Of a stretch of 64,000 bases of DNA, positions 27,115-38,234 are shown one piece after another. Location: positions 1-64,000 of the forward strand of contig JAYWIR010000093.1 in NCBI GenBank assembly GCA_036172245.1, in the 5' to 3' direction. Numbering within the stretch: position 1 is the stretch's first letter; each line of letters starts with the position of its first letter. Under the pieces are notes generated by a model. That model saw nothing but the letters and a program-made list of their open reading frames with translations. It made no database searches and was not told where the DNA came from. This DNA is from Raillietiella orientalis (Eukaryota). A program made the position numbers and the translations under genes.

Positions 27115-27983
27115 TTAAGCTGGAGACCCGTGATGAAGGCCGGAACAATGGGAGTCGACCTTCGGGTCCTCCCAGGGATCCAAGGAGTGAGGAGTTCCCC
27201 CTCCGGTCGTACAACGGATAGCGGATCCCGTTAGCGGGGGCCCTTTCGGTTTCAACATGGAGCAGGAACCTTTGCGGGCACCTCTCCTAGTTGTTTGATG
27301 GAGCGGACTCTCCTCAGCGGGGGTTACCCTCCTAGTTGTCGCCTCTTCACAGAGTGCAAGACTGCAAGAAAGCAAGCGAGAGCGATTTCCTGCGGGAAGC
27401 TACAATATCCCTTATGAGTTTCAGAAACGTCCCTTCGGGGTTCTATTCAGAGGAGTGAACAGGAGCGGTTCCCTTGAGGGTTCCCTCCTGAGAAGAATAT
27501 TCCTACTAGCGGATCCTTTCCGGATTCCATTTGGAGAAGTTTAAATGGAGAGGACAGCCCCTCTCCATTGGGGGGTGTCCCTTCGGAGAGAATGAGGAAG
27601 GATATTCCCTTCAGGGTTCTCCTTCGAAGACAACAAGGGTGGGAGGTACGATCCCCTAAGGGATCCCCCCATGCGTGAGATGAATAGACTCTGAGCCCTT
27701 CCTGGATTCATAGGGCGGAACCCTTGTTCTAGGGTGCCCTATCCTGAAGAAAAGAATTACGCCCCCTTGCCTTAGGCAGAGAGGCGTGGAAACAAAACTG
27801 TGTTCAAAAGGGCCACGAGCGCCGCGAGGCACGCGACCGGCTCTTGAGTCTCACTTAGCGAACGAAAACAAGAAAAACCCGAAAAACAAACAAACCAAAA
27901 AGAACCCAAGGATTTCCATCATCCTAGGCCAATAGTAACGATCTCCTCGCAAAATCGCTACTGGCATTTAAAAAAAAAAAAAA
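27115..27983 (+). other. Hairpin-dense non-coding segment with A/C-rich linker and A14 tract; candidate structured RNA or retroposed element
   Basis: At least 12 short stem-loops including UUCG, UGCG and GCGA tetraloops on the + strand; no ORF of 60 aa or more on +; A14 at 27970-27983. Confidence 0.5.
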
Positions 27984-28369
27984 TTGGGGTCATCTGCTTT
28001 TCTATCCGGTCGCTCAGGTATGCAGTTGGGTAAAGAAACGAATAGATGGGTCGAGCTGGAATCCTACACAGTTCGCAGAAAACTCCGACACGCAGGATGT
28101 GAATGCGACCCTTTCCTTCTCCTTTTCGGTTTCACAACACCGTTTCCGAGTATTTTTTCTTGTGTTTGAAAACCATCATTTATTCTCGGCGAACGCCTTT
28201 CCTAACATGATGGATGCTCTTAGCGATCGTTGCAGATTGCGGACTCGATGCAGCTAGAACGTTTGTTTCCGTCTAGCAAAAATACGCTCCGCTCCACTGG
28301 AGTGAAAAGGAACACTAAGCGAACGGAATTTTTCTCTAATGTCCTTAGAGTTATACTGTGGACACAATT

Positions 28370-31300
28370 ATAGGGTATCTGTCTTTGTTCTTAGAATGCT
28401 ACTCAGCCAACTCCTATCCGTCACCGGGGGGCCCTTGGCATATTGCACGAAAAATGACATGATCTCGTTGCGGATGAACCACAGAAATTGAGTCTGCGGA
28501 AATTCATTTGGTGTCATCGTCATTTTCTTGACAGTAGTTTCAAGTCTCTTCAACTGAACTGTTGAATGCATGAATCCTCCATCCTGCATTATTTTCTTGG
28601 TTTCTTCGCAACGATTTCTCAAAATTTCCTGGCTAGCAACACTGTGCCTGCTATCGGTTTCCACAATGCATGATGCACTCTCTACCATTCCCATCGCGTA
28701 TATGCAAAAACCACTTTGTATGGAAATCAGAAAGCATCTTACTTACAAGAGAATGACAAAATAAAACCATTGCTTCCTTAGATTCAATTCAGAAGGAGGA
28801 TGTTGAATAATCTCATGCTTCTAACGAAGGTTCTGTTTGTTTGTTATTGCGTTTCTTCGATGACGAGCTCTCCGACAACGCAAACACTCATTCGATTTTG
28901 TTTCGAACGTGTTCGTATTTTTCAATGTTGGTTTTGTTTGATATGCATCTCCGATGGACGGCGGATGCCACCCGTTGATAGGGCCTTCTGTGTCTTCTCT
29001 AATGGGAATCATGGTTCTTGTAAATTCTGAAGGCAGGATGTAGACGTGTACTCCCAGAAAACTGTAATGTTCGTGAAGATACTCAACAACGGCTTTTCAA
29101 TATCTTCCTTTTCATCGTTTGCAAAGTTGCTTGGACTTTGTTTCGGAATTCGTTGTGCGATTTTGCAATGAATGAATGATCATTATGAATTTTTGATGTT
29201 TTTGTTCCCGTGGAGGTTGATAAGCCGTTATATTTACACGTATGGTCAATCTCCATTTAACCAGTGAATATATTTTCGTTACTAGATTTGACTGAGTTCT
29301 TGGAGAATGTATACATTCCTCGATTTGATTTTGGTGCCGTAGTAGATATCAGAGCCTCTATTTTATCCTCAGGATGAAATCATTCTTGCTGTCAAATCTT
29401 GAGGATTCCGAAATGGTTGCCTGTGTGAGCAAGCAGTAATGCTAAAAACTGTTTATGCCTCGGTACACACGAAAGAGCAAGTCCATAATGAAGCAATGGA
29501 GAAAACAGCAACCTCAAATAAAGCCTGCGTCGCAAATATTCGCAACATCACGTAAATTTTGCTTACTACTGCTCACATTGTGAGAATTCGTGTCACCTTT
29601 AAATGCATTTGTCTCCATGGAGATGATGCAGAAAGAAGCTCTCGCTTTGATATTTGGATTTATTGTCAGTTGCTTGCAGTGATCTGGAAATAAAGCTAAA
29701 GTACTGACAACTGTCCAGTCGGTGCCGTTGAAGCAGATTGAAAGCGGTTGCAGGCTTTTTAATTAATGTGTGTTTTATTATTCTATGGTATTTGTGAAGC
29801 ATATGGCTGACTGGTTGAAGCCAGAATACGTTCAGGTCATTCGAGCATCCAAAAGTGACTGGGATTACTCTCGTGCAACTGTCCGCAGGGGAACAATGGA
29901 GTTTATTAACAAGACCTTCTGAATTGTTCAAATGCTCCTCGCAGTTGTACTGCTCTTTTTAATACATGCGAATGATCTGAAGACTGCGATGTGAAGTTGA
30001 CGTACAATTGCAAAGCGCGGAGATCTCAGAATCTGCGACAAGTCTTACGCATTGAATGCAAGACTCTGATGCTGCTTTCTTGGAGGACGTCTTGCAGATA
30101 GGACAACCGGTTTCGAAATAGCGAATGCATGTTCTCAGAGCAAGAGAATAGGCGACATTCTGACTAGTTTCGGAGTCTCAGAGTACAGTTGACGTTGAAA
30201 GTGAACGACTCACTCGATCATTCAGTAGCCTCTTCTCCAGAACAGTGTACGTGGCGTTTTATTCTTTCTAAAGCTTCCTTTAGAGATGCCAGCTAAAAAG
30301 TCACTCATAGTTCTATAGCTCTCAGTGAGTCGACAGGGCAACAGAGCCGAAATAAAAGTTTTTCATTCATTTTTGGTCATTACAAAGCTATGGTTTGAAT
30401 GGCATTGGAGAATTTTCCGCATTTTCCTCTCTGCAGTTTTTAAACTTTGAAAGTGTTCGGTCATCTTATTACTTTATAATCACAGATATTAAGTTATCTT
30501 ATGGCTATATACAAATCACTAAGCACGGTATGGTTGCAATATTTACACCAGTGTGCAGTCTAACAAGGAACAGACGATAAGTGACACGTCGAAACCTCGG
30601 AACATTGATACTCCGACAAACGGTGTGAAATCTCAAGAGCAAATGTTTGCCTATGAGCTACACTTCCAGGTCAGCCAGTAGAACACATGAAAAGGAAGGA
30701 AGTTGAAATCAAGAAAGCATACAGGTACAAACTTATAGGATATGAAAAAGCCAGAACCTGTGATTGCCACTGCTAGGAGGGCATTAAAGAGCTTTTACGT
30801 ACATGCATTTATTATATTGCATGCAAGGAAGAATACTTTTAACACAAACCGCAAAGCTATGAAATGAAGCTGTGTATGCTAAAACAGAAATTTTTGCCAA
30901 CTAGAAAACCCTTACTGAGAAATGTCCTAAGCAAACCGTAGCTTCTCGCAAGCAGTGCAATATAAACCAATAGGAAGAAAATGGAAATTCCATACGGTTG
31001 CGTTCTAGTGGGGTAATAGAGATAGCAGGAACCAGTGATCTCACAATATAAACAAATATCCATGGTTCCAGGAAACTCGACTACCTAAAATTAAAAGGAA
31101 ACATGCAATTTCGAAAACGCTCACTTACAAATAGCTCCGCAATGCACGAACACGGCTTTCCGGAATGCCCACGGATATTTACAGAGATTTGACAAAATCC
31201 AGCTCTGTTGTCAAAGGTATATTTACAATTACCTAAAGGGAGATGAAACCCAATCACATGTGGCAAAGATTTATACACAAAGGAAGTGAAGTTGTTTCCA

Positions 31301-31383
31301 CTAAACTGATGATCACCCATCGCAGAGCAGCACAAAACCAAAGTGGCAACCTGGAAAAACAAATTATTACAAACTGTTTGCAA
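28370..31383 (-). pseudogene. Possible decayed TIR/LRR-like gene
   Basis: ORF 31081-31383(-) NNFTSFVYKSL..SCIAEL..MFPFNF recalls TIR motifs (NNFTSHLY.AL, WCL.EL, PVFY). ORF 29599-29931(-) has LRR-like RVIPVTFG.. and LQRHRLDSC.. segments. Many stops; no NB-ARC recognised. Confidence 0.25.
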
Positions 31384-32699
31384 AACACACCAATATGCAT
31401 CTTTCCGGGCCGCAGATCACCAGTGAAGAGGGGTATCACCTCTTTGAACGAACTGTCACATCGACAAACCAACTTTCTCTCAATTTCCATCAACCTCCTC
31501 ACACATTTGAAAATGTCAATGATAGCGAAAGAGAAAAAAAAACAAATGGAAAACGGAGATCAGCAAAATCAAAACGATAAAAGGAAAAAATACAAGCAAG
31601 CAGATGCAAAGAACATGTGGAAACTATCAACGAAGGTAGTAAAACGAAAAAAGAAAAAAGAGAGCTCGAGAGGCAAGGAAATGAGGAAGCAAGGTAGACA
31701 AAGTAAGCAGAATAAATGTTCTGATGCGATAATTTCTTCTGTCTTGCTGCGATCACATTTCCAAAGATCACAACTTACGCTCGCAGAGATTCCAGCTTGA
31801 GATCCAAATGTCAGCAAATGACGCAAATGTGAAACAGTGAGCTTGCCTACAGGAAGCGGGCACTAAGAGGGCGCGCCTGCGCTAAGTTGCCTCTTAATTG
31901 AGCAAGCTCACGGCAAGCATCACTCCATGAACAGTTTACCATAGAAACCGGGAATCTGGAGTCATATCACGAGCCTTCAGGGAGATCGCTCCAAAAACTT
32001 CCATCGAAAGAGTGCACTTTTACATAAAATGTTGCGCGATGCTACGCGATGGAAATATCTCATGGCAACGAATTCATTCACGCGCAGCAGACGCATTCTT
32101 ACAAGCAGCAAACAGGTCAATACGCAGCTTCTGACTGGCAGATTTTTCGCTCACGGCGTGCTGTGTTTGATAAGCAATGGAAACAGAAAGTGAGCTCTCT
32201 TGTTGCAAATGAGAGAACAGCGGCCGAAAGCGAATCCATTCGAGGCATAAAACACTTCGAACTATGTGGAATGTGAGCCACTGCATGGTTGGTTCTAGAA
32301 TGTCTCCCACAAAAAGCGCAGTATGAACGAACTACAAAGAAGAGCGTGAATCTTTTTCGTTTTATGCACATTCGGCGCACCTCGGTCTAATACGCGCGAT
32401 GGTTCCCACCTGTAAGGATATGCGTTGAAAGGCTCATCCCTTAACAAATGACTGCAGCTTTGTCTGCGAAAGGAGAAGTGGATTCACTCTCCCAGCTAAA
32501 GAGATATCATCCGGCGGATGGCGGCAAGAATTTCAAGCGCCTTGCCGTGAAATTAGTAGGATTTCAATTTACCTACCACAAGCGCATTCTGCTGGTCAGT
32601 TGACGCAGCTGACGCATACGAAGTGGTGACTGGCATCTTGGCGTTGTTTGAATCGAGAGCTAACTTTTGTGGCTCTCGTTCTTTCGATGATGGCTCAGA

Positions 32700-33375
32700 C
32701 AAAGTTGGAAGCGGAAAAGTGCAGAGCACTCCTGTATTACCAGATCTCTGGGAGTGTGGATGCCAATTGTACAGAGTTTGCGGAATGGGTGACCTTTCTC
32801 CTCTTAATAATCGAGTGTGTTGCCTTCCGCCACATGTGGGATCGACTTTCGTCGTTCCTCAACATTACTGTGGGCGACCAAAAAACGTTTTTCGTCGCCT
32901 CCTGATGCGGGACTCTCTGCCAAGTGCCGCGTGTGTTGGAGTTCCCTGCTGCATATTTGGGATCCTGGATAAGTGGATCGCAACCAGGAGAGGACGGAAA
33001 AGTGGGAATGCCATCCACTGGGCAGCCATCTCCATGGAGAATGCTTCCCGTTGGTGTCGGCAAAAGAAAAATTCTGCCTGCATTTGTCCGCATTCAAAAC
33101 CGGATGCAGAGGTCTCCCCACGGCGTATCGTGATCTCTTCCATTCCCTACCCTCCTCATAAACATTGTTTTCCTAGGCGTTTTTCTTTTTTTTTCTGTTT
33201 TGCCTCACCCTTTGCCAGTAGAGAGGGTCTTACCGGCCTCAGGGTCAGTAAGAGCAGGTGCCTCAAGACAAAACTTTGTGTTCTTACTGAAAATTAACTT
33301 AAACGACAAGATATTATTATGAAATTTTAAATGTAAAATTTTAATAATAAAAACCCCGGCTTACCCGGATAAAAA
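32700..33375 (+). mobile_element. LINE 3' fragment
   Basis: CTEFAEWVTFLLLIIEC then PKNVFRRLLMRDSL..CCIFGILDKW..GNAIHWA; terminal motif at 33346-33375. Confidence 0.78.
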
Positions 33376-33399
33376 TTCTGATGGCAGATCATGTTGTTC

Positions 33400-34306
33400 C
33401 TGCACCTGTCGCGACTATGTTCTTATGTTGCCAACAGGAGAGGACTCGAAACGAGTAAAGCACACTTTCCTGACGTGAACTTTGTTTCCACATCTTAGTC
33501 AGACGATGCTGAAGCACCTCCGTTTTAGGTGCCCGTGGCCTCGCAATTTCCGCAATATCCGGGTTTCCTCACACACCACAGATCGATGTATTCTCCATCG
33601 ATCTGTAGTCGGTGGAAAAGTCTACTTTCCTTGCGGACCGTCACATGCGCGGCGGCATACCCACTTAACGCCCTGGAATATCACAGAGCGTTCGGCTTCG
33701 CCCACAGCGTGTAAACGGTCCCGAGTTTTTCGAGCTCCTCCCTAACGGCGTTTTCGGCAATTCTCATCGTTACCCCGGTCAGGTGGATGACGATCGAGTT
33801 GTCGGCTGTGAACGGAAAGATTTTGCGGCCATTCACGGTCACCAGGTACCTCAACAACTGCTTGGTCATTCCTGCAGTTTTGCAGTTCAGCTCGACGAGC
33901 TAACCGCCACTGCGAACAGAAAGACCGAAAACTTCTTCCTCGGGCACTTTCAGTTTTCGGAACTCCGCGGCGAACATTTTCAGCATCGCGGGAGAGTGAA
34001 GCCCACCTACCTTATACAGTAGGGCCGGGTTGTATGCGTGGGCCTGATAGACTCGCTGTTCCTCGAATGGTGGGCTTCCGCGCCGCCACCGCACTCCAAG
34101 CCCTCGTCAGGGCGGGGTACGAATCTGTGGGGGAGATGGCCCCCACATCCATGGGCTGGGGGAACGAGGCTCGCCCGTCCCCCTTTTCCACTTTGACGGT
34201 GTCCTCAGGCATTTCTGCCTTCAAAACACCGCCCAAACACCAAACAACCTACAAAATCGCGCTAAAACGCAGGAGCAGCCAAAAAACACGTCTGCCGTCC
34301 TTGCGG
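33400..34306 (-). mobile_element. Family E 5' portion (5'UTR and ORF1 N-half with zinc knuckles)
   Basis: YNPALLYKVG..LSVRSGG (ORF 33900-34094); IVIHLTGVT (33681-33869); CGNCEATGHLKRRC at about 33510-33560; 5' motif at 34272-34293. Confidence 0.85.
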
Positions 34307-36422
34307 TTCACACCCGGATGTGCCGAGGCATTCATTTCTTTGAAATAAAATACATGACATTTCGCGTGGCGAACTCGAAGGTTCACCAAACCAAAACAGC
34401 TTGCTGGTTACCGGCTCCATGCCGGAGAGGTCCTTCCGATGCTCGGGGATGGGAAATAAAGAAAAACAAAAAGAAACAAACAGCTCAAATGTGGGGGGAA
34501 ACAAATGTTGTAGGGGTGGGAGGGCGGGGAAGGGATCACGATGCGCGTGGACAGGTCCTCTAGATCCTGTTCAGGATCCGCACAAGCTGAGTCCTTTCAG
34601 CGCCTAAGTGGCGCCACTTGCAGACACTGCGCGCGAAAAGGCAAGTCCAGTGTAAGGCGTTGCCGGTTGGCTGACGCCTTCTTCTGGTGGCGTTCCAAGC
34701 CGCCACTATTCCTCTGATGCAGCAGAGGAATGCTACACTACCGGGAGGGGACAAGGCGTCACTACAGAAGAGGCGCCTTAAAACGTCCTTTGGGCCGCAT
34801 CCGCGAAAGTCCAGGATCGCCGCGAGACGATCCCACAAAAAGCGGACTGCTCTGCAGTCAAGGAGAAGGTGGGGGAATGTTTCTTTTGCCCCACATCGGT
34901 CACAATCAGGATCTACAGCCCCCCGGGTGGTATGGTGCAGGCGTGCTTTGAATGGTTATCCCCAGAGTACCACAAGCAACGCCACATCCTGCCATTTCAG
35001 GGGGAGGGATGCACTGTTCCAGGACGCTGGGGGCCACTTCATCTCCTCCGGAGATAGTCCGAGTAGCTCGCCCCAGCGTCGAATTCCGTTGGGCGGGACA
35101 CTCGGCGTCGCAGCGTCAGCTAGCTGCCGAGATGTCCACGCCTTTATCGATTGTGTCCTGCCGCCTATGGTGCAGGACACGGTCCATTTCCCCTGCTCGC
35201 TACTGTCCCTGGCATTCACTAGGAAGGGCAGCACTGGGGCGAGGGGGGTTATCAAGGCCCACAGAAGCTTGTCGTGGGACTGCACGATTTCCTGCAGCGT
35301 CCAGCGGGCGTGCCTTTTCAGGCAAGTGTTCCTTGTGCCCGCCGGAACGTGGATCTTTTCCCTGGTGGAGACTGACTCGTGCAACCAGGCAGAGTAGTTC
35401 CTTGGGAGGCAGGAGATCCAGTCGTTCTCCCGAACCACAACGAAGATGCGTCGCAGCATAGAGCCACAGTGTGCTCTTCTGCAGACGCGCGCAGAAAGAA
35501 ACGACAAAAGTCCGCCGGATCCGCAGGCTCGTTGGGCCAGGAGGCGTGCTGGAACGCACCACGGCGTGTCCCACAATTCGGCCGCGAGGGCGAGAGTCCT
35601 GAATTCGAGTTGCAGTTCCATGCGCTCCAGCGTCAGTACGCCAAGTCCACCGTCCTTACGTGGAGCGCACAAGTCTTTGAGCCTCACACTGGAAATTTCT
35701 TTGCCCAAAAGGACTGTCCTTAGGAGGCCCGCTACTCTTTTTCGTATGAAATGAGGAACATGGCACACAAAAAGTAGGGGGCGAAGAAGCAGGGCCGCAG
35801 AAGCGTTCTGCATCGCGGCCCGTTCCTGCAAGTAAAACTTGCCGTCCCGGAACGGGCCGATTGCAAACTCCACCTTTTGGAGACGGTCGGACCAGGCTTC
35901 TGTCACGCAGAATTCCCCCAACGGAACGCCAAGGTACTTGAAGCACCTGCCCGTGGGGATCCCCAAGCGGATCCAGTCCGACCGTCCAGCACACGCCGAG
36001 CCGGTACAAGTTATGGACGACTTCGCCCTGTTCACATCCAGGCCCGTCCCGCGGCGCAGCAACTCGAAGAAGCCCTCGAGCGCACTCGCCGGGGTGGACC
36101 CGGGAAGCAACAGCAGAAGATCGTCTGCATAGGCCGACACGGCAAGCGTGCCGGCACACGAGCTCGGCAGGGTTGCCAGAGTTACCCTGTATGCCCTCAG
36201 CACCAACTCGAAGTAGATGCTGAAGAGCAAGGGGCTCAGGCTGTCACCCTGCCGGATACCGCGGCGCACTGGCATGCCGTACACGTGCCGGCCGCTGGAA
36301 CCAATATTTATTGACGCGTTGCGCCAGCAGGAGCGCAGGTAGGACTGGAGCACGGCCGGGAAACCCATGCGTTCCAGGAGCTCCAAAAGGAGTTCCTGGT
36401 CGACGCAGTCGAAAGCTTTACG
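34307..36422 (-). mobile_element. Family B element, 3' half (RT from KAFD onward, zinc finger, 3'UTR)
   Basis: ORF 34956-36386(-) RRGIRQGDSLSPLLF, AYADDLLL, FKYLGVP, PRKDGGLG; C-terminus in ORF 34560-34838; terminal hairpin. Confidence 0.95.
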
Positions 36423-36433
36423 CCGGCTAGAGC

Positions 36434-36455
36434 GGACGTGTTTCCTCGGTGCTCC
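36434..36455 (+). promoter_or_regulatory. Conserved 5' motif RGACGTG-N10-GCTCC (candidate internal promoter)
   Basis: Same motif and spacing at 2500-2521(-), 34272-34293(-), 45841-45862, 51119-51140, 59501-59522. Confidence 0.6.
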
Positions 36456-36516
36456 TCGTGCCGGGAACCGTCCCTAGGTGTAGGCTTCGTGTGTGGTGGT
36501 GGTCGATCAGGCAGCA

Positions 36517-38234
36517 ATGCCTGACGCGACCACCAGTACGTGTCAGGGGGCGGTGGCAACGTCGCCTCCTAAAGAAATGGAGTGCCAGGTGGCGGCGACA
36601 ACGTCGCCTCTAGAGAAGGTGGAGTGCCAGGGGGCGGCGGCAACGTCGCCTTCAGTGGCGAAAGAGGTGGGGGCGTCCGCCCCCACAAAACCGGTCCCCG
36701 CTGCAGCGCGGGCGTGGAGCGCCGTCGTGTCGGCGCCATCGCCTGCAGCCGCGGCGGAATTATCTGCCTATGTGGAAGAGGGGTATAACCCATCACTATT
36801 CTACAAGGTAGGAAATTTGTATTCATCTGAGAGTGCGCGCGCCTTTTCGAAGGGGATGCGCGCTCTCGATTTTAAAGAAGAGGAGCTCTGCGCTATGACC
36901 ATTCGTAGCGGGGGGCAGTACGTAGAGGTGATCTGCAAACATAGAGATCTGGCCCAACGTCTGCATAAAACCCCCGTGGTAATGGGGACACGCAGGCTCC
37001 TTCCCGTTACGGCGAACCACAGTATGGTGGTCCACCTTTTAGGAGTAACCGCGCGGATGCGGAAAGAACAGTTACGCGCCACGTTGGGAAAAGAAGGCAC
37101 GGTCCATGCAGTATGGACCGAGCCTAGTCCTTTCGAGGACTATACCACAGTTCAGTGCGGCCTTACGGCTGCCCGTGTAACCGTTCGGAAGGGCTCTACC
37201 CTTCCCCACAAACTGGTGGTCGGCGAAGAAAGCGTCGACCTCTGGTACGTGGGGAAGCCCAAATACTGTGGCTTCTGCAAAACGTCGGGACACCTCAAAA
37301 GGAGGTGCCCAACGTACAGTGCCTGGTATGCGGGACAATGGGCCACACGAAGGAAGTGTGTCCACAATCCGCTGTGCGCGTGGTTTCCGCGAGGAATCTA
37401 AAAAAACGCGCGCAACTGCTTCAGAAAAAACTGGCGGCGAAGGCTGCCGCTCAACCTGTGCCACCCACTCCCGTGGTCCAGGCCTCAGCCGACAGCACGG
37501 CAACGAATGCCGAAAAGATTGACAAAAGCGGTCAGGTGTTGGAATGGCAAGAAGTCACAGCGAAAAAGAAAAAAGAGTCGAAGAAAGAACGACGAATCGA
37601 AAAAAAGCTGGCCTACCAAAATAAAAAACAGCAGGTTAGCGAGAATTTAAAAGAATGCAGCGTCGTCGTGGAACGCGTGCCCGCCGAACGCCGCAAGGTA
37701 GAAATCGCTGCCACCGACGAGCAACCCACTGTTGAAAATGTCAACAGCGTGGGGAGCGAACCGGCGGAAGCATCCGTCATCGAGACCGTGATCGATGACG
37801 CCGCATTCGAGCGTGCGGCGGAGGAGCTGGCTGCATCGTTGCAGCCAGACCCCTCCAAGGCTGGCAAAAAGGCAGTGAGGCGTCCGGCCTCCACCGAGGA
37901 GTCGGTAACTTCCGACCCCGAAGCGCAGGCCGGAAACCAAGTTTCCATCTCCGCGGCACCCCGCCGGAAGGCTGGAAGGAAGTCCAGCAAACCCTGGAAA
38001 GCCCCTCTCCAGGTCGAAGGCGTGGAGATCACTTCCGACTGCGAGGGTGCCATGAGCGTGGGAGAATCCCGGGAATCGTCACTCGAGAGACCACCACGCA
38101 CAGACACGGAGGAGATGGAGGGGGTTGAAGCCGGAAAGGTACCCAAGGTGCCTGAGGAGGCTGAAACCCTAATGGTCATCTCACCCGCCTCGGAAGAGGC
38201 GGGTTCCCCCACACCGTCATCTTTCCGGCAGTAA
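36517..38234 (+). pseudogene. A1 ORF1, gag-like nucleic-acid-binding protein with two CCHC knuckles; frameshift near 37306
   Basis: CGFCKTSGHLKRRC and CLVCGTMGHTKEVC lie in different frames; 1-nt deletion relative to the copies at 43080 and 60330; basic then acidic low-complexity C-terminus. Confidence 0.9.
36541..36666 (+). repeat. Three 42-bp tandem repeats in the ORF1 N-terminus
   Basis: Units start at 36541, 36583, 36625: CQGAVATSPPKEME / CQVAATTSPLEKVE / CQGAAATSPSVAKE. Confidence 0.9.

Noticed and set aside
27733..27816. Hammerhead-like core: CTGAAGA (27744) ... GAAAC (27789)
   Set aside because: An 8-nt unpaired spacer precedes stem II, and stem I does not pair next to the core.
27810..27843. 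Group II intron domain V-like hairpin (GNRA loop and AC bulge)
   Set aside because: The lower stem is mismatched and no convincing catalytic triad or domain VI is present.
31243..31800. 185-aa lysine-rich ORF
   Set aside because: Arises from A-rich low-complexity sequence; no recognisable domain.
36423..36480. HDV-like ribozyme suggested by CTCCTCGTG
   Set aside because: The flanks form a simple long hairpin; the nested double pseudoknot could not be built.
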